64,000 bases of DNA from Candidatus Melainabacteria bacterium 17Bon1m (GTDB lineage Bacteria > Cyanobacteriota > Vampirovibrionia > Obscuribacterales > Obscuribacteraceae): positions 1-64,000 of the forward strand of contig JAVLKG010000018.1 of NCBI GenBank assembly GCA_032128875.1, written 5' to 3'. Shown piece by piece: positions 19,931 through 31,017 of this stretch; position 1 is the stretch's first letter; the number at the start of each line of letters is the position of its first letter. The position numbers and the translations under genes are program-made. The notes beneath the pieces were generated by a model. The model did no database searches, was not told where the DNA came from, and saw only the letters and a list, made by a program, of their open reading frames with translations.

Positions 19931-20078
19931 ATTTCCCCTTTTTTGAATTGTTTAATAGTCACATAGGGCATTCGCCAATCTGACTCTTGGATTTTCATCT
20001 CACCGGCCTGATTGAGTTGGTTCTGCTAGATAAGCGCCCTGACCTTTATCGCCTCAGGTTAGCGGACCGGAAAGAAAA

Positions 20079-20095
20079 TTTGATGCAGATTTGAC
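20079..20095 (+). promoter_or_regulatory. TTTGAY-N5-TTTGAY box (weak -10)
   Basis: TTTGAT gcaga TTTGAC; the position 11 nt downstream lacks a good -10. Confidence 0.45.
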
Positions 20096-20764
20096 TTTTA
20101 GCGGCACCACCGATAGTGGCGAAGCGCGGCTTCATCACAGGAAAGCAAATGAATGCTTGACTAGTGGGCGGATTTTTCTGCATTCTTGAAAAAAAGAAGT
20201 TTCATTTGACGATAGAGGTTTGGTAACTAACCCCGGCTATGTGAGCAGTACTTTTTCGCGGATTTTCAGGCATTTGAGTGTGCCGCAGAATTGTCGGCAC
20301 GAAAACAGGCTCAAAGGCAAAGGTCTTGCAGGCGGTCACCATCCTCATGATGGTGGCCAGCACCAGGCGAATTACTACATCGGTGTCACACTCAGGCAAT
20401 TCACCGAAGCGATCAATTCTCGGGCGGCGACGCCCTCTTGATCTGGGACGGGCGGATGAGCGCCTCTCTATCTGGGAGCCGTATTTTGAAAAACGCAAGC
20501 ACGCATGCGAAGGAGAAGGCAAATGACACTTAGCGATGCGCCGGACGACAAGGTGGTCGAGGCGTACTGACTAGGATTCAGAGCTGACCGCTTTCTGGGC
20601 TATTTCGAGAGAGGCACCGGCGCGAAACCACGCGTGCCGGTGTTTGCGCCGTAGTGAGCGTCGTCGGCGCGCATATTCCTTTTTTTCGCGGCTGACACAG
20701 GCGACTGTGGTCGGTCTCAACAAGCAAGTGTGCGTCGTTCGACGCAATCAGAAAGGATCATGGT

Positions 20765-21040
20765 ATGACAATCATCATGGCAAAATTTATCGTCTCCTCC
20801 GTTCTCGGCTTCGCCTTCGGTTTCGTGAGCTTCAAGGGTGGGGGTGAAAACCCGCTGGGCCCGGTTTGGTTCGGTGCCTTTGTTTTGTCCGTCGTGGCAT
20901 TCGTGGCTGCAGCCCTAATCTTTGTTTTCGGGCAAGAACTTCCGTGGGCGTCATTCGGCTTGATCGAGTGGCTCTTCATTGTCATGGACATCGGTTATCT
21001 GCTAGGCGGGATGACCGCCGGGATGATCGACCAACGTTGA
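20765..21040 (+). CDS. Small membrane protein
   Basis: About three hydrophobic segments, AAAGGA SD. Confidence 0.65.
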   Translation: MTIIMAKFIVSSVLGFAFGFVSFKGGGENPLGPVWFGAFVLSVVAFVAAALIFVFGQELPWASFGLIEWLFIVMDIGYLLGGMTAGMIDQR

Positions 21041-21264
21041 GGCGCAAGCAACTCAGTGCGCATTCGCACTCTGTCTGAAATGCGCGCAGTGCTTTAGTCT
21101 TACCGGGAGCGCTTGCTGCAGTCCGAACAGCCAATCCGGCAGTTTTGCATTGCAGTAAGCCGCTCTCGGCATTTGTCTTTTTACCTGTTTGTGCTGAAAT
21201 TCTGCCGAAACCGGCCTGTTTGAAGAGGTTGCGCTAGCAGATGAGTGAATTGGAGTTTGTTTCG

Positions 21265-21298
21265 TTTGATGATAATTTGACAGCTCGCGCGATATAAA
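21265..21298 (+). promoter_or_regulatory. TTTGAY-N5-TTTGAY-N11-(-10) promoter box
   Basis: TTTGAT gataa TTTGAC agctcgcgcga TATAAA. Confidence 0.65.
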
Positions 21299-21304
21299 CG
21301 ATTC

Positions 21305-21383
21305 ACGAGTTGCGCGCAGGCAAATGAACGCGCTGTCGTTTTGAAGAGAGTGATACTACCAGTGGTGTGTCGTCTCTTCCTTT
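21305..21383 (+). ncRNA. Candidate sRNA (~80 nt)
   Basis: Lies between the promoter box and an imperfect hairpin (21343-21379) followed by CTTT; no ORF. Confidence 0.3.
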
Positions 21384-21827
21384 GCTTCGCTGATTATATC
21401 TGCAAAGCCAAATTTGCGTTGGAAAAAACATAATTGATATGCTGCTCGGAAGAAAAATCCGGGCCTTTCGTGCTATTGTAATGGTATCGCATATGGTGGC
21501 GCTGCGCTATCCTTGAAGCGTGTTAAAAGGTTCGGCGTCCGGCTTTTGAAGCCTGCCTGCACTCCGGTCGGAAGCTGCCGTCGGTTGTGAGATTCGCGTA
21601 AGCATTGCCAGTTTTATATGGCGTTTTTTCTTGGTGGATTTCGTTACCTGATGCTTGACTGCGGCGCTGCGCGGCATTCAAAGTGTTGATATCAATGTTC
21701 TTTTCCTTTTCTGCAAACAGGTGAAATTTCTGGCTTAACGCCGCATTCGCCGCAACATCTAAGTATCTTTCGCCGCACACTTCGTGCGCTGATGAAAGTC
21801 GACATGCAGTTCAGGTAGCTTTGCTCA

Positions 21828-22202
21828 ATGCCAGTCTCTCTATTTCAGGCTGGTATCGAGCAGCGCTATGCGTTGCGAAGAACCGAGAGGTTGTTCATGC
21901 TCAACACTGATACAGTTATGCGACTCATGCACAGGGCTCTTTTTGGAAAGGAATCGTGCGTCCTTTTCGTCGGCATAAAATTATTCGGTGCATTTTTCCA
22001 ACTCGCCGGCGCTGCATCATTGGAAGCCGCTCTATGGTCTGCAATCCCCTGGTTGGGATCGCTTTTCGTGGACGTCATCTGGTATACGACACCGGTGTTG
22101 TTGAAGAAAATAGCGCCGCTGATTCGACTGCCGACGGTACCCTGGCGTGATAGTGCAATGTCAGTGATGGCGCGGCTTCGGCTGCGCTTCTCATTTGCTT
22201 AA
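21828..22202 (+). CDS. Hypothetical membrane protein
   Basis: Hydrophobic ORF followed by a hairpin; start uncertain. Confidence 0.45.
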   Translation: MPVSLFQAGIEQRYALRRTERLFMLNTDTVMRLMHRALFGKESCVLFVGIKLFGAFFQLAGAASLEAALWSAIPWLGSLFVDVIWYTTPVLLKKIAPLIRLPTVPWRDSAMSVMARLRLRFSFA

Positions 22203-22344
22203 GGCAGAAAGGGAGGACGAATTTTCGTCCTCCCTCTGCTCAAGCTTTGCTGAATGCGCAGGAGAAGAAGTCTCAATCTGCGCATTCAGGAAAGCTTGAC
22301 TTTCCTGTTGTTGAAGCTCATCACCTGAAGAAGGAGTTTTGCGA

Positions 22345-22566
22345 ATGAAGACAAACGTGCGCGCTTGGCTCGTCGGCGAATTTGATTTTCGCTGCGCTCA
22401 GCTGGTTTTATACGTGCTTCTTAGCGTGTATGCCGGGTGGGTTTGTACGCCGAGCTTCCCGTTCGGCTTTTGGCAAGGGTTGAGCTTGCTGCTAGTCGTG
22501 GCGGCATTGGCACTGCTGTGTGCGAGTGCTTGCCGCGGTTTGACTGCCTCGGCAACAAAAAAGTGA
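22345..22566 (+). CDS. Small two-TM protein
   Basis: AAGGAG SD before ATG 22345; two hydrophobic helices. Confidence 0.6.
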   Translation: MKTNVRAWLVGEFDFRCAQLVLYVLLSVYAGWVCTPSFPFGFWQGLSLLLVVAALALLCASACRGLTASATKK

Positions 22567-22712
22567 ATGCGTGTCCCAAACAAATTGAGGACCATGCTTA
22601 GCTCGGCTTCGGTCGAGTTGAAACCGCAGTCCGTGACGCCACCGTCAGTGGTGTTGAACGGTGCTGCAATCTGGCAAATAGGGCGCATGTGCCCTGAAAA
22701 CGGAGAATTGTC

Positions 22713-25025
22713 ATGGAACTGATCAAAAAGTATCCGAATACCGCTGCGGCTCTCGGCGGCATCTCGCTGGTCGCCTTCTTCGCTGCAATGTCTGCTTTGC
22801 CGCCGACTGGAGTTTTGAAGAACCCGCCCGCGAACATTGATCAGCCGACCCCTGCTGAGAGGATTTCTCAGCTCGATAAGCCGAATGTCATCGTCACCAA
22901 CAACGAGATTATTCTGCCTGACGGGCAGAAGGTTACGTGGCGGACGACGACAGGAGAGCATGTTGGCGACTCGCATGCCAACCAGCTGATTGATACCTCG
23001 TCGCTGCCCAATTTCTTGGGCTCCGCCGTGTCGGGATTCGGCTGGCTTGTCTACAACCTGCTGGTTCCTGCCGGCATCGCCACCCTCTTTCTCCGCTGGG
23101 TTTTCGGCCAGGGCTTGCCCGGCGCGAATCTTCTGAGAGGAAATCTGGGCGGCGGCGGCGGATTTCCCGGTGGCGGCATGCCTGGCACTGCCGGTAATAC
23201 CGCCGGCAAGGAGATGGGTCGCTGGGTGAAACCCGAGGAGATCAGCATTCCGGGCTTCGACGCCGTGGCCGGCGTCCCGGAAGCGGTCACTCAGATGAAA
23301 AAGATGAAGAAGAAGATTCTCCAGCAGGCGCGAACTGTCGGGCGCGTCAAGGAGATCGAAGACGAGAAGGCGGTCGCCAATCAGGCTAAGAAGGTGGCGC
23401 TGACTGTCGAAGAGCTCATGCTCAAGGCCAAGGAGCATATGGCGGCCTCGACCTTCGGCGGCATCATCCCGAACTGCGCGCTGCTGATCGGACCGCCCGG
23501 CACGGGTAAGACGCTGCTCGTCAGCGCCCTCGCCAAAGAATGCGGCGTGCCCTTCTTCAGCATCTCCGGTTCCGACTTTGTCGAGATGTTCGTCGGCTTG
23601 GGCGCCGATCGCGTTCGTCGCATGTTCGCGGATGCGCGCTCGAACCGTCCCTGCATTCTCTTCATCGACGAAATTGACGCTGTTGGTGCGGCCCGCGCCA
23701 ATGGAGTGAATTCCAATCCGGAGAAGGATCAGACCCTCAACCAGATGCTCGTCGAGCTTCAGGGCGTCGGTACTGAAACTTCCAACTTCGGCCTCTGGAT
23801 CATCGCTGCCACCAACCGCGATGACATTCTCGACCCGGCGCTCATGCGTCCGGGCCGCTTTACGTGGAAAGTCCGGGTCGATCCGCCGAACACCGAAGGC
23901 GCCGTCAAGGTGCTCAAGGTGCACGTGAAGAAGCGTGGCATGAAGCTCGACGAAAGCGTCGATCTCTTTGCTTTCGCTTCGGTTCTGCCGGGTCTTTCCG
24001 GCGCTGATCTAGAGAATGTCGTCAATGAGACGGCACTTTTCGCGGATGAAACGCGCGAAGCGGAGATCGAGTCCCTGCTCGCGGGCGGGCATTCGCAGGA
24101 AGAAGCCGAACGGCTGGCGACCAAGAAGACTGTGACTCAGGAGGACCTTTTCGAAGGACTTCTGCGCCACCTTATGGGTCTGAAGAAGGAGGCGGTTCAG
24201 TCCTTCCTCTCCATTCTCAACACCACGGTGCATGAAGGGGGCCACGCTCTGGCGACTGCTTACGAAAGGCATGTCGGCCGCTCCAAGGATCGTGTCCGCT
24301 TTATCGTCGTCGAGCCGCGCGGCAATGCCGGCGGTGTTTGCTTCAAGACTCCGGACGAGGCGAGCGGCACCAAGAGCATCAGCTCTGTGGATGCCGATGC
24401 CGTGTGCGCCTTCGGCGGCTCGGCGGCTCAGATGGTGGTCTTGAAAGAGAAGGACTCGGGACCGGACAACGACTTTGAAGTCGCGTCCGACATGATTTAC
24501 CGTGCCATCGCCCGTTGGCACGCCGATGAGAAAATCGGTCCGATCTCACTGGGCAAGCGCGGCCAGATGATGGCAACGCAGATGGGAGATCAGGCGCGCA
24601 ATATGATCGACGAAGCTTGCCGCCTGCGCAGCAAGCAGCTCTACGCGCGCTCGTGGTGGATCATGAAGCTCTTCGTCAAGTCCGAGCATCTCTGGACGAT
24701 GTATCGCGAAATTCTCGAGAAGAAGGTGATGCGTCAGGACCGTTTTGAGGCGCTCTTCGAGCTCATGCTCAAGGACGTCGAAGCGCATCCGGACTGGCAG
24801 ACCCAGAGCCTCGAAGAATTCATGCGCGCCGGCGGCGACTTCGCCGAGTGGACTCCTCCGCGCCTGGATGACACTACGGTGGAATTCGTGAACCGCCAGG
24901 TCGAGAGCCTGCGCAAGTTCTACGAGTCCCTGCCCAAGGCTTCCGAGCCTGAGGCTGGCACCGCGGCGCTGCTGGCTGGTGCGAACCAGCAGCCTGCAGC
25001 TCGTGTCGAGGCACAGACGGCCTGA
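22713..25025 (+). CDS. ftsH: FtsH-family ATP-dependent zinc metalloprotease (divergent paralog)
   Basis: Two N-terminal TMs, Walker A GPPGTGKT, pore loop FVG, Walker B FIDEID, SRH LDPALMRPGRF, HEGGH, and GPDND third ligand. Confidence 0.9.
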   Translation: MELIKKYPNTAAALGGISLVAFFAAMSALPPTGVLKNPPANIDQPTPAERISQLDKPNVIVTNNEIILPDGQKVTWRTTTGEHVGDSHANQLIDTSSLPNFLGSAVSGFGWLVYNLLVPAGIATLFLRWVFGQGLPGANLLRGNLGGGGGFPGGGMPGTAGNTAGKEMGRWVKPEEISIPGFDAVAGVPEAVTQMKKMKKKILQQARTVGRVKEIEDEKAVANQAKKVALTVEELMLKAKEHMAASTFGGIIPNCALLIGPPGTGKTLLVSALAKECGVPFFSISGSDFVEMFVGLGADRVRRMFADARSNRPCILFIDEIDAVGAARANGVNSNPEKDQTLNQMLVELQGVGTETSNFGLWIIAATNRDDILDPALMRPGRFTWKVRVDPPNTEGAVKVLKVHVKKRGMKLDESVDLFAFASVLPGLSGADLENVVNETALFADETREAEIESLLAGGHSQEEAERLATKKTVTQEDLFEGLLRHLMGLKKEAVQSFLSILNTTVHEGGHALATAYERHVGRSKDRVRFIVVEPRGNAGGVCFKTPDEASGTKSISSVDADAVCAFGGSAAQMVVLKEKDSGPDNDFEVASDMIYRAIARWHADEKIGPISLGKRGQMMATQMGDQARNMIDEACRLRSKQLYARSWWIMKLFVKSEHLWTMYREILEKKVMRQDRFEALFELMLKDVEAHPDWQTQSLEEFMRAGGDFAEWTPPRLDDTTVEFVNRQVESLRKFYESLPKASEPEAGTAALLAGANQQPAARVEAQTA

Positions 25026-25113
25026 CCGGCACTGACAAAGAGGCGGGCGGCTCAGTTCGCCCCCCTCGCTTGAAAAAAAGAATCACGTAGTTTGCGTTTG
25101 ACATGCTCAATCG

Positions 25114-25392
25114 ATGGAGAATAGCATGATTAGCAAGAAATCAATCGATGCCGTCGGGAAGCTCAAGACTGGAGCGGTGGTTCGCTTTCAGATCCTCGAT
25201 TTCAAAACCGAGGTGCCGAACCTTATGGCTGCTGATTGCCAGGCGCTTCGGGCGGCCGGGCAGAGGGTCGATTCGCACGGCACGAATATGTCAGCCGAGG
25301 TCTGGGTGATCAATACAAATTGGTCGCCGGCCGTAGAGCGCATTTTGCAGTCCAGCACGCTGAGCTACAAGTTACTCACCCGACCCGTCTAG
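25114..25392 (+). CDS. Hypothetical protein
   Basis: Co-directional ORF; a GGAG SD favours the internal ATG (MISKK). Confidence 0.55.
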   Translation: MENSMISKKSIDAVGKLKTGAVVRFQILDFKTEVPNLMAADCQALRAAGQRVDSHGTNMSAEVWVINTNWSPAVERILQSSTLSYKLLTRPV

Positions 25393-25402
25393 GAGTTTGC
25401 CG

Positions 25403-25660
25403 ATGAGCGCGGATAAGACTGTTGAAATTCTCTGGCAGTATGGACGCAACCGAATCGTGAATCGAGGCGACTTTCGGATGCTGGGCACTCGCAAAGTCGG
25501 AGAATTGCGCCTGGAGGCTCGACACGAAGACTCGACCGTCTGGTGTCTGGTCGCAGCATCCGAATTTCTCGGCTTTCCTCGTTGTGGCTATAAAAGCCGC
25601 AGCCAGGCGCTCACTCACTTGCGTGACGAAGCGACCGCCAGATTGGTTTTGGCTGCGTAG
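25403..25660 (+). CDS. Hypothetical protein
   Basis: AGGAG SD overlapping the upstream stop; ATG 25403. Confidence 0.55.
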   Translation: MSADKTVEILWQYGRNRIVNRGDFRMLGTRKVGELRLEARHEDSTVWCLVAASEFLGFPRCGYKSRSQALTHLRDEATARLVLAA

Positions 25661-25752
25661 TCAAAGATCGAGAGTTTGTGCAGCAGAAATGTCCCGGCAG
25701 AGCTAGCAGCGATGCCGGGATACCCATCAACTCAAAATAAAAGGACCAATTG

Positions 25753-26766
25753 ATGTCCTACATTGAAAACTTCCCTCTCCCTGGCGAAGAAGCTTTAATC
25801 GCCCAGGTTTTGGACGCCGTGCTCGAGAAGCAGCGCCGCGAACATCGTCCGGGCGAAGTGGCGCGCCGCAACCAGCACGCCAAGTCTCATGGCGTCGTCA
25901 GGGCTCGCTTCCGGGTTCTGAGGCAGATGCCCGGATTGCAAGTCGGTCTCTTTGCCGAACCTCGCGTGTATGACGCGCTGGTGAGGTTCTCCAATGGTGG
26001 CGGCGGTCCCAATCAGCCAGACGCGCTGCCCAACGTCCGTGGCGTCGCCATAAAAGTGTTGGGTGTGCAGGGCAAGAAGCTGCTGCCGGGCGAGGAAGAT
26101 TCTCTCGAGCACGATTTCCTTCTCGCCAATCATCCGACCTTCTTCTGTTCTTCCATCGAAGAACTACTTTTCCTGATGAAGGGCGACAAGCGCAAGCTTT
26201 TGCTCGAGAATCCGCGGCTGGCGCTGCGGCTCGGGCAGTCTTTGCTCAAGCCTGTCGCCAATCCGCTCCATCTGGAATACTTTTCGCAAGTGCCGTATCG
26301 GCTGGGCGGTTTTGCCTGCAAATACTTCTTGCGCCCCGCCGAGCATGGTTGTTCCTTTCCGGACCTGGTCGACGGCGACTTTCTTCGTCATGCGCTGGCG
26401 GACACGCTTGCGCATAGGCCCTGGCGTTTCATCTTCGGTGTGGAAATGGCATCGATCGGCTTCATGGGGGCAGCGATCCGTGGCACCACCCAGGGTGCCG
26501 ATACCCACTTGATCGAAAATCCCTCGATCAAGTGGAATGGCCCGCAGTTTGCCGTCGCCGAGGTGACCATCTTGCACCGTTCTGAGCCGATCAAGGAGTC
26601 GGACGGCGAGGCGCTCTCCTGGAATCCTTGGCGCGTACTCCCCGAGCATGAGCCTCTCGGCTGGGTCGGGCGCACTCGCAAGGCTGTGTACGGCGCCGAT
26701 TTCAAATGGCGGACGGAAGAAAACGCCAAGCTTGCCGGATTCGGCAAGCCGGGCGGTTCCTTCTAA
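25753..26766 (+). CDS. Catalase-related heme protein (small catalase/allene-oxide-synthase-like fold)
   Basis: RNQHAKSHG distal His, VRFSNG, DFLLANHPTFF, YFSQVPY, WNPW..HEPLG, RKAVY proximal Tyr. Confidence 0.85.
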   Translation: MSYIENFPLPGEEALIAQVLDAVLEKQRREHRPGEVARRNQHAKSHGVVRARFRVLRQMPGLQVGLFAEPRVYDALVRFSNGGGGPNQPDALPNVRGVAIKVLGVQGKKLLPGEEDSLEHDFLLANHPTFFCSSIEELLFLMKGDKRKLLLENPRLALRLGQSLLKPVANPLHLEYFSQVPYRLGGFACKYFLRPAEHGCSFPDLVDGDFLRHALADTLAHRPWRFIFGVEMASIGFMGAAIRGTTQGADTHLIENPSIKWNGPQFAVAEVTILHRSEPIKESDGEALSWNPWRVLPEHEPLGWVGRTRKAVYGADFKWRTEENAKLAGFGKPGGSF

Positions 26767-26852
26767 ATCGGCGCCTAGTCCTGCTTTAGTTCGCTTCTAC
26801 AAATCAAAGTGGCAAGGCAATCTCGCTGCGCCATTTTTACAGGGAAATCGAA

Positions 26853-28817
26853 ATGACAAAACCAGGTATCAACATTGGCTGGATGGATCAATCTGTCGAT
26901 CCAGGCAAAGACTTCTATCGCTATGCTTGCGGCAGCTACTTGAGGAACGCCACCATCCCTGCCGGCTATTCGCGTTGGGGTTCGTTCTATGAGTTGCGAG
27001 ACCGCAGTCTCAATCGCGTGCACGACATATTGAAGGAGTTGTCCGGGCGCGATGATTTTTCGACGATGTCGGCCGAGGAGCAGAAGCTTGCCTTGATTTT
27101 CAAAACCGGCATGAACGAGGCCGCCATCGAAGAGCAGGAGGAATATCCGCTGTATACGGTCTTCGAGCTGATCGAAACTGTTCGGTCTCCTGACTCCTTG
27201 GCTGCGGCGCTTTCCTTGCTTCACCAGATTGGCGTCGACGCTCTTTTCGGTTTCGGTTCAATGCCTGCTCTGGACGGCAGCGGAGTGCATATCGCCGCCA
27301 TCGCTCAGGGGGGACTCGGTCTTCCCGACCGCGACTTCTATCTGAAAGATGATGCGGCGACACTGCAACGTCTCGAGAACTACGAGCAGCATATCGAGCG
27401 CATGTTTGCGCTGGTGCGCGGCTATTCTTCGCTCGCTCCCAAATATGCCCGGGCTGTTGTTGCATTCGAGAAGAAGCTCGCTCAAATCTCTATGTCCAGA
27501 GAAAAGCGGCGCGATCTGAATGCGATCAATAATCCGACGGCGCGTTCGGCTCTGCTTGCCGCTGGAGGTTTCAACTTCGCTGTCTATCTCGAGACAATGG
27601 AGGCGCCGGTCTTCGAGACTTTAAATGTCTTGCAGCCGGACTATCTGAGCGAACTTGGCAATATTCTTTCTGAGATCTCTTACGAAGACTTGCGTGCTTA
27701 TCTTATCTGGCACGTGCTTGTCTCGACGGCTCCGTATCTGTCGAAGGCTTTCGTAGAGGAGAACTTCGCCTTCTATCAGAAGACGCTGAACGGCATAGCC
27801 GAGCCGAGCCCTCGCTGGCGCGAAGTTGTTGCTTTCGCTGAAGGCGCGATGGGCGAGGCGATCGGCAAGCTTTATGTGGCGCGTTATTTCCCACCCGAGG
27901 CCAAGGCGCGGGTTCTGGAAATGATCGAGAACGGCCGCCAGGTTATGCGGCAAGCTTTGCAGGGGGCCGAGTGGCTTTCGCCCGAGAGCCGCGAAAAGTC
28001 CTTGCTCAAACTTGATCGTTCGACCTTTAAAATCGGCTACCCGGACAAGTGGATTGACTTTGAGGATCTGTACCTCATCGGCAGCTACGTGGGCAATCGC
28101 TTTCTTGCGTCATACTTCCATTATTGGCGCGATCTCAAGAAGATCGGGCAACCCTTCGACAAGAGCGAGTGGAATATGACACCGCAGACGGTGAATGCTT
28201 ACGCCAATCCGCTCCTGCTCGAAGTGGTTTTCCCTGCTGGTATTCTGCAGCCGCCGCTCTTTGATGCGGATGCCGATGACGCCGCCAATTACGGCGCCAT
28301 CATGGCGGTTATTTTGCATGAGTTCGGCCACTTCTTCGATGACCAGGGCGCCAAGTTCGACGCCGACGGTAAGCTCAACATGCAGTGGACTGCCGATGAC
28401 TATGCGCGCTTCATGGAGCAAATTCAGTTGCTTCGCAAGCAAGCGTCGCGCTACACCGTCGGTCCGAACCAGGTGCCTCTCAAGGGGGAGCTGGTTTCGG
28501 GCGAAGCTGCCGCCGATCTCAACGGCGCTCGACTTGCCTTGCGCGCTCTCAATATCGCGCTGGAGAAGAACGGGCGTCAGTTCGATGGGAGCGGCTTTAC
28601 CGACGAGCAGCGATTCTTCATTGCCTTCGCTCAGGTGTGGTCTGTGATCATTACCCCGGAGGCTCTGGAAAATCAAGCCATGACCGATCCTCACCCGCCC
28701 GGTGAGTATCGGTGCAATGGCACCCTGGCGCATATGGAAGAATTCGCCGAGGCCTTCGGGCTACCGGATAATGCTCCCATCATGCTGCCCAAAGAAGAGC
28801 GCACCCGCATCTGGTAA
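26853..28817 (+). CDS. pepO: M13 (neprilysin/PepO) metalloendopeptidase
   Basis: DFYRYACG, VNAY, FPAGILQPP, HEFGH, GEAAAD, DPHPP..RCNG. Confidence 0.93.
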   Translation: MTKPGINIGWMDQSVDPGKDFYRYACGSYLRNATIPAGYSRWGSFYELRDRSLNRVHDILKELSGRDDFSTMSAEEQKLALIFKTGMNEAAIEEQEEYPLYTVFELIETVRSPDSLAAALSLLHQIGVDALFGFGSMPALDGSGVHIAAIAQGGLGLPDRDFYLKDDAATLQRLENYEQHIERMFALVRGYSSLAPKYARAVVAFEKKLAQISMSREKRRDLNAINNPTARSALLAAGGFNFAVYLETMEAPVFETLNVLQPDYLSELGNILSEISYEDLRAYLIWHVLVSTAPYLSKAFVEENFAFYQKTLNGIAEPSPRWREVVAFAEGAMGEAIGKLYVARYFPPEAKARVLEMIENGRQVMRQALQGAEWLSPESREKSLLKLDRSTFKIGYPDKWIDFEDLYLIGSYVGNRFLASYFHYWRDLKKIGQPFDKSEWNMTPQTVNAYANPLLLEVVFPAGILQPPLFDADADDAANYGAIMAVILHEFGHFFDDQGAKFDADGKLNMQWTADDYARFMEQIQLLRKQASRYTVGPNQVPLKGELVSGEAAADLNGARLALRALNIALEKNGRQFDGSGFTDEQRFFIAFAQVWSVIITPEALENQAMTDPHPPGEYRCNGTLAHMEEFAEAFGLPDNAPIMLPKEERTRIW

Positions 28818-28933
28818 GGTTCGGGTGCGACTGACGCAAAGGCGGTCATGGTACCGCCTGTGATGACAAATGCCCGGGCGGAAATTCGTCCGCCCGGGCT
28901 CGAGCATGTTTAAAGCAAACGAAAGAGAACAAC

Positions 28934-30919
28934 ATGAGTCCGCAACTCAACGACCTCGAGGAAGTGCTCGAGCGTGGTTCCAAATCGCTTTCGCGCAGCT
29001 GGAGACTGATGGAGGCTTATTCAATCGCTCTGGTGTCGGGCTGCTTGGCGGCCTACTTCGAGCAATACCTCCATCCTTATTTCGTGCCGCCTCTGATCGG
29101 CGTCGGCATTCTTGCGGCTTTTGCCGCCTGGAAGCTGCTCGACCTCGACCTGGAAGAAAATCCGGAAATCTATCCCGGACCGGCGGCGGCTTTCTTCGCC
29201 GTACAGATGCTCTGGCTGCCGGTTGCGCAGCCGGTGTTCGGTTTCGCCGGACCGGTTCTCGTCAGCCTGGGTCTGTCCGTTTTCTTGATCCGGCTTGCAC
29301 GATCGCGGTTGTTCAAGCAGGCAAGCTTCTGGCTGTATTTGCTGGCTCTGCCGATGTCCGCGTTGCTCACCTATCCGCTCGGCATTGCCTTTTCCTGGGT
29401 GTTCACCGATGTGGTCCCCTTCGTGCAGCCATACCGGGTGGCGTTGTATATGATATCGCCCCTGATTCTGGTTGCTGTTTTCGCGGTCGTCACCTGCTAT
29501 TGCGCGTGGCGTATTCGTGAAGACGACGAGCGGCTCATCTACCGCTTCCTGCCTGCCATGACGGCGGTGCTCTTTGCGGTCGTCTTCCCCATGTACGAAG
29601 CGGACGGCACTGGTTGGTGGGCGTATCTCACCTGGGGCAACGCCGCTGAGTGGCTTTTCGTTGCCTTCGTCTTCTGGCTGGGAATCTCGGAGAACAGTGG
29701 GCGACTGGTTCGCTCCACGGTTCCGCTTGCCGTCGCCTACTGCGGGTCGTTCATCCTCTTCAATGCGGTTGAACCGTTGCAGCAAATGATGATCGCGCAG
29801 TCGCTCAATGTTCGCGAACCGGCCAAGTTGCCGCTGTCGACGGACAAACCTCGCATTATGCCCTTCGGCATCGGTGAGAGCCGTTGTCTCGAGGGCAATG
29901 CGGAGTCGGCGACTCATTCCGGTGCCGTCTCCTTTACCATGGAAGCGAAAGGAATCAACTATCAATGCGCCCTTCACTTCGACGGCTTCGTCGCCGGCGA
30001 CGGGCTGAAGCGCGGTCTGATTTCGATGATTCCGGGCGCCACGTACAAAATAATGCGCGTGGAGTCGACCAACACTTCGGGGGCGATTACTCCTGTCGAG
30101 TCGATCTTTCCGCTCGGCGAGAACACCCGCGTTTTGAGGTCTGCTGTTCTGGCTCGTCACCCGGGCGGCGCCCTGGGCGAGTTCACTTACAGCAAGCATG
30201 AAGGAAAGACAGGCCTCGTCTACTCGTACACTACGGCTCGGCTTTTCTGGTTCACGATGGTGCCGACTCTGGGCGGTGCTGTCGTGGAAAACGACAAGGG
30301 TCTGCTTGAAGACTACACGGTGACGCAGGCGGCAGAACACTTCCCCGGCGCCTTCCAGATGCCGGCCCGGCTGGTTCGCGATCGTGCTCATGCTTGGGCG
30401 CATTACCGGCTGCAAGCCTGGTGGCCTTTCCGCCAGGAAAAGGAGTTGTCTGAGCCGGCCGAAACCCTTGCCGGCTTGTCCGCCGAGAAGCGCAAGCTCT
30501 TCGGCAACAACACGGTGCCTTACGCCATTCCGACCGTGGCCGGTCCGAAGTACTGGATCCTCCTCGAGCCTTACGGCAAGGAGGGAACGGCTGGTTCGGA
30601 CGTGCTGCTCTTCGATGCGCGCTATCCTGGTCTTATCGAAAGGAAAGACACGACCAGCGGGCGCGTGGTGAAGGGGCTTCGGGACGTCGTCAATCAGGCA
30701 CCGGCTGTGGTGCCTGGCAATTTCGAGCTGCGCGGCAGTGAAGTATATCTTCACATCACCGATAAGGACATGTATTTCATCGTTCCGCTCCTGGACGGCA
30801 ACGCCAAGTTTATTGGCGCCGCTATTCTGCGTTCGGACGAATACATCGTCTTTGCCGGCGCTGTTCCGACCTCGGCTCAAGTCGTAGAGCACATCCGTGA
30901 GTTCGAAAAAACTCACTAA
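28934..30919 (+). CDS. Polytopic membrane protein with large soluble C-terminal domain
   Basis: About nine hydrophobic segments in the N-terminal 290 aa; no recognised family. Confidence 0.8.
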   Translation: MSPQLNDLEEVLERGSKSLSRSWRLMEAYSIALVSGCLAAYFEQYLHPYFVPPLIGVGILAAFAAWKLLDLDLEENPEIYPGPAAAFFAVQMLWLPVAQPVFGFAGPVLVSLGLSVFLIRLARSRLFKQASFWLYLLALPMSALLTYPLGIAFSWVFTDVVPFVQPYRVALYMISPLILVAVFAVVTCYCAWRIREDDERLIYRFLPAMTAVLFAVVFPMYEADGTGWWAYLTWGNAAEWLFVAFVFWLGISENSGRLVRSTVPLAVAYCGSFILFNAVEPLQQMMIAQSLNVREPAKLPLSTDKPRIMPFGIGESRCLEGNAESATHSGAVSFTMEAKGINYQCALHFDGFVAGDGLKRGLISMIPGATYKIMRVESTNTSGAITPVESIFPLGENTRVLRSAVLARHPGGALGEFTYSKHEGKTGLVYSYTTARLFWFTMVPTLGGAVVENDKGLLEDYTVTQAAEHFPGAFQMPARLVRDRAHAWAHYRLQAWWPFRQEKELSEPAETLAGLSAEKRKLFGNNTVPYAIPTVAGPKYWILLEPYGKEGTAGSDVLLFDARYPGLIERKDTTSGRVVKGLRDVVNQAPAVVPGNFELRGSEVYLHITDKDMYFIVPLLDGNAKFIGAAILRSDEYIVFAGAVPTSAQVVEHIREFEKTH

Positions 30920-31017
30920 TCTCTTCGTCCGCCGGACAGGGGACTCTCTTCGTTCCCTGTCCACGATATTCCGCAAGGAGTATGGCAATGATCTCCACTG
31001 AAGCAAAAGGAGAGTTG

